This document shows, piece after piece, positions 9,146 to 17,816 of a stretch of DNA of 53,538 bases. A program made the translations under genes and the position numbers. Below the pieces are notes generated by a model. The model ran no database searches, was not told where the DNA came from, and saw nothing but the letters and a program-made list of their open reading frames with translations. Each line of letters opens with the position of its first letter. Position 1 is the stretch's first letter. Location: assembly GCA_900552245.1 (NCBI GenBank), contig URYY01000001.1:1-53538 (forward strand). The letters run 5' to 3'. Source of the DNA: an uncultured Opitutales bacterium (GTDB lineage: Bacteria > Verrucomicrobiota > Verrucomicrobiia > Opitutales > Intestinicryptomonadaceae).

Positions 9146-9835
9146 TTAAAGCTCAAAATCCTTCGGGGCAATCAAAACCACAAACTCGCCCTTTGTATTA
9201 GACTTTGAAAGCTGCTCTTTTACCTCGCCCAAATTTCCGACAAAAAAGCGCTCGTGCACCTTTGTGATTTCCTTTGCCACGCACGCCACGCGCCCTGCTC
9301 CGAAAACAGCTAAGGCATCGTCTATAAATTTTTCAATTCTGTGCGTAGATTCGTAAAAGCAGAGCGTAAAGTCAAAATCTTTGTACTTTTCAAAGAAGGC
9401 AGTTCGGGCGGAAGTTTTTGCGGGCAAAAAGCCGACGAACAAAAATCCGTTTGTCGGCAAGCCGGAGGCTGCGAGAGCCGTGGCAAAAGCGGTAGGCCCC
9501 GGAACGGGAACTATGTCTATTTGCTCCTTTCTGCACGTTCTTACTATTCTAAAGCCCGGGTCTGATATGCAGGGCATTCCGGCGTCCGAAATTAGCGCAA
9601 TTTTTTCGCCTGCTTTTAGCTTTTCTAAAAGAAGCGGCGCCACTCTGCTTTCACGGGAATCCTCATAGACAAAAAACGGCTTTTGCATTCCAAATTTTTT
9701 TAAAATTGTGGAGGCGTTTCGAGTATCTTCGCAAGCGACGATATCGCAGTCTCGCAAGGCTTCAATAGCTCTTTCCGATATATCGCCGAGGTTTCCTATA
9801 GGCGTTCCCACCAAGTACAATTTGCCTTCGCTCAT
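9146..9835 (-). CDS. rsmI: 16S rRNA (C1402-2'-O)-methyltransferase
   Basis: LYLVGTPIGNLGDIS.RA, ACEDTR, SDAGMPCISDPG, YES.HR, KEITK.HE and KGEFVV. Confidence 0.95.
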   Translation of the reverse strand: MSEGKLYLVGTPIGNLGDISERAIEALRDCDIVACEDTRNASTILKKFGMQKPFFVYEDSRESRVAPLLLEKLKAGEKIALISDAGMPCISDPGFRIVRTCRKEQIDIVPVPGPTAFATALAASGLPTNGFLFVGFLPAKTSARTAFFEKYKDFDFTLCFYESTHRIEKFIDDALAVFGAGRVACVAKEITKVHERFFVGNLGEVKEQLSKSNTKGEFVVLIAPKDFEL

Positions 9836-10314
9836 AGAGATTCAAAGGGGTTAAACATTCGCGTTTTAAGGCTTAAAAAAAGCCTCAGTCTTTCAAATTT
9901 TTTTTCTTTAAAGACACCTAAATCCAAGAGGTCCAAAAGCGGAGTTAAAACAAAGTCGCGCTCGTGCCAGCGGGGGTGCGGAACTTCAAGGCGCGCTCCC
10001 TTCATCTCAAAGTCCTCGTAAAAAATAATGTCTATATCGAGAGTGCGAGGCGCGTCCTTAAAGGGGCGAGTGCGCCCGAATTTAAGCTCTATACTCTGGC
10101 ATTTTTCGAGGAGCTCCAAAGGCTTTAAATCGGCATCTAGAGCGATTGCAGCATTTAAAAAGTCTCCCTGATTTTCGTAGCCGACGGGCTTAGTCTCGTA
10201 AATTTTTGACTTTGCTAAAATTTTGCCAAGCTTAGAAATTTCGCGGCAAGCCTCGCGCAAGTTTCCGCTTCTATCTCCCAAATTTGAGCCTAAAGCCAAG
10301 ACGCAAAGAGCCAT
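9832..10314 (-). CDS. folK: 2-amino-4-hydroxy-6-hydroxymethyldihydropteridine diphosphokinase
   Basis: LALGSNLGDR, YETKPVG, FLNA, PRTLDIDI and PHPR..ERDFVL.PL. Confidence 0.95.
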   Translation of the reverse strand: MALCVLALGSNLGDRSGNLREACREISKLGKILAKSKIYETKPVGYENQGDFLNAAIALDADLKPLELLEKCQSIELKFGRTRPFKDAPRTLDIDIIFYEDFEMKGARLEVPHPRWHERDFVLTPLLDLLDLGVFKEKKFERLRLFLSLKTRMFNPFESL

Positions 10315-10682
10315 TACAAATCCTCCCTACTCCGCCGTATTAGAGCTGAAATTTCTGAAACTTTTGACGTAAAAGAGGTATTGCACTTCGCAACTTTAAC
10401 TTCTATTGAATCTATAATTTCAAACTTGGAGAGCATCTTCTTTGCTATGCAATCCGCAAGCTTTTCAATGAGCCTCACAGACTCTCCGCAGATCACACTT
10501 TCAGCAACTTTTATTGCGCTCGGGTAATCGACTGTATCCGACAACTCGTCGCTAAGCGCCGCTTTCTTTAAATCCAAAAGCATTCGCATAGACACCAAAA
10601 AGAGAGTGGGCTCTTTTTGCTCGCGGGCAAAGCAACCGTGACGTCCGTAAAGTTTTATGTCTCTAATTAAAAATTCGTCCAT
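10314..10682 (-). CDS. folB: Dihydroneopterin aldolase
   Basis: YGRHG...E, SDELSDTVDY, LIEKLA and V.VAK; lies between folP and folK. Confidence 0.92.
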   Translation of the reverse strand: MDEFLIRDIKLYGRHGCFAREQKEPTLFLVSMRMLLDLKKAALSDELSDTVDYPSAIKVAESVICGESVRLIEKLADCIAKKMLSKFEIIDSIEVKVAKCNTSFTSKVSEISALIRRSREDL

Positions 10683-10685
10683 AAA

Positions 10686-11510
10686 TTATTTTTTCCAAGT
10701 CTTTGATTTTGAAATTGCGCTGAATGATTCCAGAAGAATTTTATGTTCCTTTACATCGTGAACTCTAATTATGTCACTCGATGATGCGGCTAGAGAATAC
10801 GCGTTAAAAAAGCAAGTTGCTATTTTTGCATTTTCTTCGCCCACAACTTTCCTTATAGTGGATTTTTTAGAAAGCCCAAGCAAGAGTGGAAAGCCGTATT
10901 TCCTGAGTGAACCATAGTTTTTAAGAAGCTCCAAATTTTGCTCGGCACTTTTTGCAAAGCCAAAGCCGCCGTCTAAAATTATGTTCTTGTATGAAACTCC
11001 GCAAGCCCTCGCATTTTCTAAGATTTTATCGAAGTCCGAAAAAAGTTCGCTTTGCAAATTACCTATTGGCTTAAAGAAGTCTGGGCGGTTGTGCATTAAA
11101 ATTATCTTGCAGTCGAAATCCGCAGCTATATCGCAAGTCGAAAAGTTCTCGTCTTTAAAAAATACGGAGCGCATTCCGCCCCAAACATCGTTTATTATAT
11201 TCGCCCCGTTTTGAAGGGCTTTTCTTGCGACGCTTGCCTTGTAAGTATCAACGGATATTTCGATGTCTTTAAAGTTTCTCCTAATTTCCCTCAAGGGTTC
11301 AATCAGGCGCACGAGTTCCTCTTCGGCAGAAATTTCAATAGCGCCGGGACGGGTTGATTCCGCCCCCAAGTCGAGAATATCGGCACCGTCTGAAATTAAC
11401 TTCGCAGCCTGCTTTAGCGCCGACTCAAGCCCCACAAATTTTCCGCCGTCAGAAAAAGAATCGGGCGTCAAATTTATTATTCCCATGAGTTTTACTTTAT
11501 TTTCACTCAT
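10686..11510 (-). CDS. folP: Dihydropteroate synthase
   Basis: MGIINLTPDSFSDGG, GAESTRPG, SVDTYK, INDV, ILMH, D.GFGFAK, SKKS and RVHDV. Confidence 0.96.
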   Translation of the reverse strand: MSENKVKLMGIINLTPDSFSDGGKFVGLESALKQAAKLISDGADILDLGAESTRPGAIEISAEEELVRLIEPLREIRRNFKDIEISVDTYKASVARKALQNGANIINDVWGGMRSVFFKDENFSTCDIAADFDCKIILMHNRPDFFKPIGNLQSELFSDFDKILENARACGVSYKNIILDGGFGFAKSAEQNLELLKNYGSLRKYGFPLLLGLSKKSTIRKVVGEENAKIATCFFNAYSLAASSSDIIRVHDVKEHKILLESFSAISKSKTWKK

Positions 11511-12721
11511 AAACTCTCCAATTTTTCCGCGTATTTTAGAAGCTCCGGCTTATTCAGTTTTTGGGCGCAATCGCGCAAAAGCGAGGCAGCATCTGCATAT
11601 TTTCCCTTCAATGTTAAAATTTTTGCAAGGCCCAATGCCGATTCCAATGGATAGTCATTAGCCGAATTTTTGTAAAGAAGCTCCGCCTGTTCAAAGTCTT
11701 TATTTTCGAGCATTGCATCGGCTAGCATTATGGCAATTCTCTGATTTAGCGGATTCTTTGCATAGGCCTTTTCAAGCTCCGCGCGCGCGTCCTGGGAACT
11801 TTGAATTTTTATAGTTGCAAGTAGCTCCCAATACTCTGCGCTATCTTTACTTAGATTTTGCAAAAAATTTGAGGCCTCGCTCCCCATTCCCCTGTAGGCC
11901 AACACAAGCCCGATTTTATAGGCCTTGCCGCTATCCAGAGGCATTTTCAGATACAATTCGCAGGCCTTTTTAAACATGGACTGCTGCATATATAAATCCG
12001 CCAAAAGCTCATTGTCTTTGGGCTCGGCAATCTTTAGATTTCGCATGGCTTCCAAGATTGATATGGCCTCGTCGTAGTTCTTTTGGTCTATATTTAAGCC
12101 TGCAAGCAGACACCAATATAGGGAGTTTCTGGGGCTTATTGAAATTAGCTTTGTGCAAGTGTCGTGCAACTTTGCAGAGTCTTTTAATTCGCGAAGGCAG
12201 AGCGCTTTTAATTTTAGCAAATTTTCGTCGTCTGCACTTTGCAAAGCCAAGGCGTTTTCCACGCTTGTCAAGGCCTCCGCATACCTTCCCAATTCAAAGT
12301 GGCACTGGGAAATTGCAGGTAGAATCTTTTTTGCTTCCTCTTGGGAAAGCTCAAGAGCCTTTGAAAAATTTTCACAGGCCGCTACCCAATTTTTCTGGTT
12401 AAAGTAAATATAGGCAAGATTTCTGCGCGCCAAGTAAAAGCTCGGCAAAATCTCCAAAGCCTTATCATAATAGCGCTTGGCCTTGTCGTAATTTTCAAGA
12501 TTTGCGAATGCGTTTGCCGCATTAAAAAAGAGCCCTGCCGATGCGGAGTCGCTCTCCAAGGCTTGCTCAAAAATTTTTGCACGCGCCACAGCGTCCTTTT
12601 CGGCCGACGCATCTTTAATGATTCCGGCCTCAAATTTATTTAGCTTAGGCTCAAGCTCACGCGCCTCTGCAAGCGCCAAGCATGCCAGCAGCGCAAAAAA
12701 TATTTTCAGTATAAATTTCAT
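11507..12721 (-). CDS. Exported TPR-repeat protein (TtpD-like)
   Basis: Signal peptide and multiple TPR motifs; last gene of the TonB cluster. Confidence 0.8.
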   Translation of the reverse strand: MKFILKIFFALLACLALAEARELEPKLNKFEAGIIKDASAEKDAVARAKIFEQALESDSASAGLFFNAANAFANLENYDKAKRYYDKALEILPSFYLARRNLAYIYFNQKNWVAACENFSKALELSQEEAKKILPAISQCHFELGRYAEALTSVENALALQSADDENLLKLKALCLRELKDSAKLHDTCTKLISISPRNSLYWCLLAGLNIDQKNYDEAISILEAMRNLKIAEPKDNELLADLYMQQSMFKKACELYLKMPLDSGKAYKIGLVLAYRGMGSEASNFLQNLSKDSAEYWELLATIKIQSSQDARAELEKAYAKNPLNQRIAIMLADAMLENKDFEQAELLYKNSANDYPLESALGLAKILTLKGKYADAASLLRDCAQKLNKPELLKYAEKLESL

Positions 12722-13383
12722 TGCACTAACTTAAATGGTATTGGAAGTATAAACTTTGCCCCTACGGGTTTTCCGCCGCGAGTTGGAGTTTCGTAAAGAA
12801 GCTTCGGCAAAACTTCAAGCGCCGCCTTTTTAAAGGAATCGTTTGTAGCCGACAAGACCTTGTCAAGCGAAACCCTCCCGTCTTCGTCTATAAATACGGA
12901 AAGTTCAACAAGCCCCTCGGTTCCGCGCGCGAGCATATCTTTGGGATAGCGAACTCCCGCCCCGCTTATTCGGCGCGGAACTTTATCAAGCTCCGAAAAT
13001 TCAAAAAATTTAATTTCAAAATTTTCCGAAACTTCAAATTCGGAAATTGCAAAGTCACCTCGACCAAAGGAGCGCAAGCCGCCAGATTTTAAGACCTCAA
13101 AATTTCCGTATACAGACGGCGCCTCAACGGCAAGTTCCGGAAGCTCTGCGCCCGAAGGCTCAGACGAAACCCGCAAATCCGGAAGCTCCGCACCGGAATT
13201 TTTAACGGGCTTTTCAAAAGTTTTGCGATTAAATCTAAAAACCTCAAATTTTTCGGGCTCGGTCTTAACTTTGGCCTTATCGCCCACAAGCATTGAAAGC
13301 GGATATATTGCAAAAACTGCAAACACCACCGCTAAAGAGCACAGAAGCGACTTTAACATTCTTTTAAGCGAGCTAAACATCAC
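12718..13383 (-). CDS. tonB: Energy transducer TonB
   Basis: N-terminal TM anchor; C-terminal domain RYP...ARGTEGLV.LSVFIDEDGRV...F..AAL...P.RGGKPV...PIPF. Confidence 0.88.
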   Translation of the reverse strand: MMFSSLKRMLKSLLCSLAVVFAVFAIYPLSMLVGDKAKVKTEPEKFEVFRFNRKTFEKPVKNSGAELPDLRVSSEPSGAELPELAVEAPSVYGNFEVLKSGGLRSFGRGDFAISEFEVSENFEIKFFEFSELDKVPRRISGAGVRYPKDMLARGTEGLVELSVFIDEDGRVSLDKVLSATNDSFKKAALEVLPKLLYETPTRGGKPVGAKFILPIPFKLVQ

Positions 13384-13793
13384 TTTGCCCCCCTGTTCTT
13401 AGGCTGTGAGGATATGAATATTCTGCCTATTCCGCCCTCGCTGCAAGCGTCCATAACCTCAACTAGAGACGAAATTTCTAAGGAGGCGTCAGCCTCTATT
13501 AGCGCGGACTTTTCCGAAGAATTGCGCGCCAAGACCTTAAGAGTATCCAAAGTTGCGTAAGAGCCCGCCGCAAAAATTTTGCCGTCTTTATCCACAAAGA
13601 TTTTAAGGGCTTTTTCGTTTAACTTTTCGTCTTGGACGGATTTTGGGCGCTCTATTTTAAGGGCGGATTTTTCCGAAAAAGCCATAGTAACAACAAAAAA
13701 TATAAGCAGGATAAACATCACATCTATCATTGGCGAGATGTTTATCTCTCTATTCTCTAAATCTCCGTCAAAACTGGGTTTTCTAAGAGCCAT
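13380..13793 (-). CDS. exbD: Biopolymer transporter ExbD/TolR
   Basis: INISPMIDVMFILLIFFVVT, I.AD and VMD motifs; ATG at 13793 preferred over the track start at 13808. Confidence 0.92.
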   Translation of the reverse strand: MALRKPSFDGDLENREINISPMIDVMFILLIFFVVTMAFSEKSALKIERPKSVQDEKLNEKALKIFVDKDGKIFAAGSYATLDTLKVLARNSSEKSALIEADASLEISSLVEVMDACSEGGIGRIFISSQPKNRGAK

Positions 13794-14322
13794 TTGCAAC
13801 CTTTCCAAGAATTAAGTCCGACTCAAATTTAGAGATACCTATAAGAATTTTTTGGCGCACATTCAGGCAGTACATTCTTATTACCATTGCGGGAATCGCT
13901 ATCGTAAGCCCGCACTGCGTGGTAATTAAGGCGCGCGATATGCCCTCTGCAACCATTTCCGACTCTGCCTGCAAAGTGGAAAGCGCAAGCGTAAGCCCCG
14001 ATACGGTCCCAAGAAGCCCCAAGAGCGGAGCCGCCGCCGCCAAGACTGCAATCATAGTTGCAGTCTGCGCCGTTTGGGGCATTATCTGCATTCTAAAATT
14101 GTTGAAAGCCGCCTTTAAATCCGCCGCACGGCAGGGTGCAAGAGGCAAATTTAAAGACTCTAAAATAAACTGCCGCGACGAAATTTTTTTAGAGATTGCC
14201 TTCAAATAGAAAAGCAAATCAAAGGCCAAGTAATACAAAAAAAACGCAAGCACCGCAAGCGGCAGCATCAAGCCCCCCCCCGCCGAAAAATATGATTTCA
14301 AAGCCTGTGTAAAATCAGCCAT
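13783..14322 (-). CDS. exbB: MotA/TolQ/ExbB proton channel (short ExbB)
   Basis: APLLGLLGTVSG...GISRALITTQCGL.IAIP. Confidence 0.9.
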   Translation of the reverse strand: MADFTQALKSYFSAGGGLMLPLAVLAFFLYYLAFDLLFYLKAISKKISSRQFILESLNLPLAPCRAADLKAAFNNFRMQIMPQTAQTATMIAVLAAAAPLLGLLGTVSGLTLALSTLQAESEMVAEGISRALITTQCGLTIAIPAMVIRMYCLNVRQKILIGISKFESDLILGKVANGS

Positions 14323-15452
14323 TAAACCTTGCTCTTGCTTAAGAATGAAGATGAGATTTTTTCCATGTCGGACAAAATCGCCTTTGCCCTGCGCGACAAA
14401 ACCGCGTTTACAATAAATGCGGGGATTGCCACGACAAGTCCGTACTCTGTCGTAATCAAAGCCTCGCTTATCCCGCCCGACATAAGCTCCGGATTCCCCG
14501 CCCCGTAAATGGACAAATCTGAAAATGTCTTTATTATGCCCGTAACCGTTCCCAACAAGCCCAAAAGCGGAGCGACTGCCGCCGTTACAGACAGAAAGCC
14601 CAAGCCCGAATACAGGTTGTCGCCCGCGCTTAGCATATGCTCGTACGCGCTTTCCTCCAAGAGTGCGGGCTCCAGTTTTCTATTTTTTACGAAGGACACC
14701 AGCAGGTTCTTGTAGGGTCTGGGCGCCATATTCGCAAGTTTTAGCGCGGCGGAATCGTCGGAACCCGCCAATATGTCCACCTTGTCCTCTATAAACTTTG
14801 GAAGCCTCTTTGCCGAAAATATCACTATGCTCTTTGCTATCGCCACAACTAGCGCAATTAGCCCGAAGGCCAATATCGGATACATCCAGATTCCGCCCGC
14901 TTTAATTTCCTCAATAAGCCCCGATTGGCGCGCGCTGCGCAACTTTCCCAAGGTCGGGTCTATTTGCAAATTAAGAACTCCTGAACGATTTTCTTTGAAG
15001 GACTTAAAGTCGCTCTCGGAAAGCAGCTTCTTAAATATTTTTTCTGAAAAAACTTCGCCTTTAGCGGATTTTAAAAGCTCGGAAAATCCGACCAAGAAGG
15101 AATCTTGCGAGTAGCCCAAATCTCCGGACTTAGATAGAGCACCTAGGTTTGAGTTAACCCGCGAGCGCATCAGCTCAAAGTCTTGCGCCTTCTTAGATAC
15201 AAGGCCTGCAAGTTCGTCGGAACTGAGATTAGAAGCCTTCAAAGTTTTAAGCTCGCTTTCAAGTTCCGAAATTTCAGAGCTTAGAGTTTTGATTTCCGAT
15301 ATGTATTCAGCCCTCTTTTTTGAAATTTCACCAAGCGTATTGGCATATTCCGCCCTGCTCTTTTCGAGGCTTTCCCTCGCCAAGTCAATAGGCTCTGAAA
15401 GTGCAAAATTTGCAAATATTAAAACTGAAAGCGCAAGGAAAATTAACTTCAT
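14322..15452 (-). CDS. MotA/TolQ/ExbB protein with N-terminal periplasmic coiled coil (TtpC-like)
   Basis: Signal peptide, coiled coil, IDPTLG motif, then APLLGLLGTVTGII.TF...G.GNP..MSGGISEALITTEYGL. Confidence 0.85.
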   Translation of the reverse strand: MKLIFLALSVLIFANFALSEPIDLARESLEKSRAEYANTLGEISKKRAEYISEIKTLSSEISELESELKTLKASNLSSDELAGLVSKKAQDFELMRSRVNSNLGALSKSGDLGYSQDSFLVGFSELLKSAKGEVFSEKIFKKLLSESDFKSFKENRSGVLNLQIDPTLGKLRSARQSGLIEEIKAGGIWMYPILAFGLIALVVAIAKSIVIFSAKRLPKFIEDKVDILAGSDDSAALKLANMAPRPYKNLLVSFVKNRKLEPALLEESAYEHMLSAGDNLYSGLGFLSVTAAVAPLLGLLGTVTGIIKTFSDLSIYGAGNPELMSGGISEALITTEYGLVVAIPAFIVNAVLSRRAKAILSDMEKISSSFLSKSKV

Positions 15453-16093
15453 TTTGTATCCTTTGCGTTAGAAAGTTCTATCTTTACAAAATTATATGGC
15501 AACTCTCCATCAAGCATTTTCACAGCTTCACAAGCCCCTTCGGATTTTTCGACATCTATTAGGGCCGAAACTCCCAAGCGCAAATAGCGCCCACCAAGCT
15601 TTGTCTGAGCCGATATTGTGTCCGACAAATTCAAGGCCTTTTGCATTGAAAGAGCAATATCGCTAGCCCTTAAATAGACATCGGCATTCTTGCTATTTAT
15701 CGCATTTAAGACATCTGCCAATATAATTTTTGTATCTGCGCGCTCATCGGCTTTAGCGGAAAAATCTTTCGCAAATCCGTCTAGCAATTTTGCAAGTTTT
15801 TCTTCAAAAATTCGAGACTCCGCAAGTCTTCTATTTAAGTCGGACTCAAGCTCTGTCTGTTCCTTTGCCTTGGCAATCAAAGCTTGCTTTTGCTCTAGCA
15901 AGCTTTTTTTAAGAGACTTTAAAAGCTCAATCTTTGCCTTAAATTCGCGCTCTTTGTCAAGCCAATCGGCTTCAAGCCGCGCGGTATCTTTTGAGACTTC
16001 CGTAGCCTCCCTCAATATGGGTAGCATCTCAATTTGCGCCCAAACTAGAGGCGCAGACAAAATAAAAATTAACACATGTTTAAATGCCCGCAT
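15449..16093 (-). CDS. DUF3450/TtpB-like exported coiled-coil protein
   Basis: Signal peptide, W..ER coiled coil and YLRLG motif; occupies the position before the TtpC-like gene. Family call rests mostly on synteny. Confidence 0.6.
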   Translation of the reverse strand: MRAFKHVLIFILSAPLVWAQIEMLPILREATEVSKDTARLEADWLDKEREFKAKIELLKSLKKSLLEQKQALIAKAKEQTELESDLNRRLAESRIFEEKLAKLLDGFAKDFSAKADERADTKIILADVLNAINSKNADVYLRASDIALSMQKALNLSDTISAQTKLGGRYLRLGVSALIDVEKSEGACEAVKMLDGELPYNFVKIELSNAKDTK

Positions 16094-16098
16094 AAGCC

Positions 16099-16674
16099 CT
16101 ATTCCAGCACATTTTTAATTTTTCGCATTATTAGTTGGCTCGGCTTTCCCTTTGAAGCTTTGCCCAGGCGCCTCACAAGCTCAAACTGCGAGCTTTCCGG
16201 CATCTCAAACTCCCCCGGAGCTTCGAGAATAACTAGAGTGTCGGCATCTGAAAGCTCTGCAAGAACTGCAAAAATTTCATCGCTTTTTTTTAGCAAAAGC
16301 GGATATGGAGCGTCCGCAAATAGCAAATCGAATTTTTCTAAAAACATAGACTTTTTTAAGCCTAGGCAATCGCTCTTTAGAACCCTCGCATCAAAGTCGC
16401 CCGCCGCCTTTTTTACGGATTCTATATTGCTTTTTAGGCAATCTAAAGCCGAACGGGCGCTCTCAACAAAAACTGCGCTTTTTGCCCCCCTTGAAATAGC
16501 CTCAAGCCCGTATGAGCCGGTGCCCGCAAACAAGTCTAAAACTCTCGCGCCGCAAACTATGTCGCCTATGGACGAAAACACAGCCTGCCGCGCGGCGTCT
16601 GTCGCGGGTCTGGTAGAGTCTCCCTTTGGGGACTTCAGACTTATTGCTCTTGCCTTTCCTGAGGTGATTCTCAT
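16099..16674 (-). CDS. rsmD: 16S rRNA m2G966 methyltransferase
   Basis: MRITSGKAR, TRPATD, LDLFAGTGS.GLEAISRGA and DAPY (DPPY-like). Confidence 0.92.
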   Translation of the reverse strand: MRITSGKARAISLKSPKGDSTRPATDAARQAVFSSIGDIVCGARVLDLFAGTGSYGLEAISRGAKSAVFVESARSALDCLKSNIESVKKAAGDFDARVLKSDCLGLKKSMFLEKFDLLFADAPYPLLLKKSDEIFAVLAELSDADTLVILEAPGEFEMPESSQFELVRRLGKASKGKPSQLIMRKIKNVLE

Positions 16675-16697
16675 ACTCTAATAAATTCACCACGATT

Positions 16698-17702
16698 ATG
16701 AAAAAAACCTTCCTCTTGTCAATCGCACTAATCCTAGCCTCAGAACTTTTTGCAGACTTAAAAAAAGAAGATACCCCCGCCCTAAATTCATCTATCGCAT
16801 TTTTTGTGGAAAATGATTTCAGGTTTTCGGACCGCTACTACACAAACGGGCTCAAGCTAACTTATACAGACCCCGGGCACGATTGGTGGGCTAGCTTTTT
16901 GCAGTACAAGGCGCTGTCGCTATTTGCTCTTTCAGATGAAGCCCAAGTGTGGCAAACCGCCTCAATAGGCAATGAGATGTACGTTCCCTACGACATAAAT
17001 CTGCCCAATCCGCCACTAAACGACAGGCCCTACGCAGGCTGGACCTACCTGTCAAGCGGAGCCCACATAGTCACGAAAGACACCCTCGATAGCTTGACCG
17101 TATCTCTGGGCATAGTTGGCCCACAATCTTACGCCGGCGACCTTCAAAAAGCCTACCACGATATAATAGGCGCAGACAAACCCATGGGGTGGGGTTACCA
17201 AATAAAAAATGAGCCCGGAATAATAATAGCCTACAATCACTCGCAGCGCATCTACACTCAAAAGATAAGCGAAAATTTCAGCGCCGACTTCATAGGCTCG
17301 CTAGGCGCAAACCTCGGCAATGTATCAACCGAAGCTCGCGTAAAAGCCATGTTTAGAATAGGCTTTAATATGCCAAATTCCTTTGAGGCAAACCGCATAG
17401 AGCGCTCCAGTGGGCAGACCATAGAATTTGTAGAGGCAAATCAGCCCGATTGGCACCTCTACCTATACTGGGGCGGAACAGCGCGATTCATAGGCTACGA
17501 CATCACGCTAGATGGCAACACTTTTGCAGATAGCCGCTATGTTGCCAGAAAGTGGCTCGTGGGCGAATCAAACCTCGGAATAAGCGCGCGCTATGAAGAT
17601 GTTGAGTTAAACTTAAACTGGATTGTACGAACTCAGGATTTTAACAACCAATATGGTGGGCCGCACATATTTTGGTGCGCAAGTCTGCGAGTCTGCTTTT
17701 AG
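16698..17702 (+). CDS. lpxR: Lipid A 3'-O-deacylase, LpxR family outer-membrane protein
   Basis: ENDF...DRYYTNG, MY.P, DRPYAGW, GIVGP, Q...H, GW..QIKNE and TLDGNTF; C-terminal Phe. Confidence 0.88.
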   Translation: MKKTFLLSIALILASELFADLKKEDTPALNSSIAFFVENDFRFSDRYYTNGLKLTYTDPGHDWWASFLQYKALSLFALSDEAQVWQTASIGNEMYVPYDINLPNPPLNDRPYAGWTYLSSGAHIVTKDTLDSLTVSLGIVGPQSYAGDLQKAYHDIIGADKPMGWGYQIKNEPGIIIAYNHSQRIYTQKISENFSADFIGSLGANLGNVSTEARVKAMFRIGFNMPNSFEANRIERSSGQTIEFVEANQPDWHLYLYWGGTARFIGYDITLDGNTFADSRYVARKWLVGESNLGISARYEDVELNLNWIVRTQDFNNQYGGPHIFWCASLRVCF

Positions 17703-17816
17703 CTAAAGCGAATTTTTTATTGAAAATACAAAAATAAAGATTAGCATAAGCCCTGTTTTTTACGCGGTTATTTTGCCGCACGGCACTACTTAAAACTAGA
17801 TAGGAGATACTTGCAT

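Noticed and set aside
13588..13596. Perfect DnaA box TTATCCACA
   Set aside because: A single copy inside exbD with no cluster or adjacent unwinding element, so it is not evidence for oriC.
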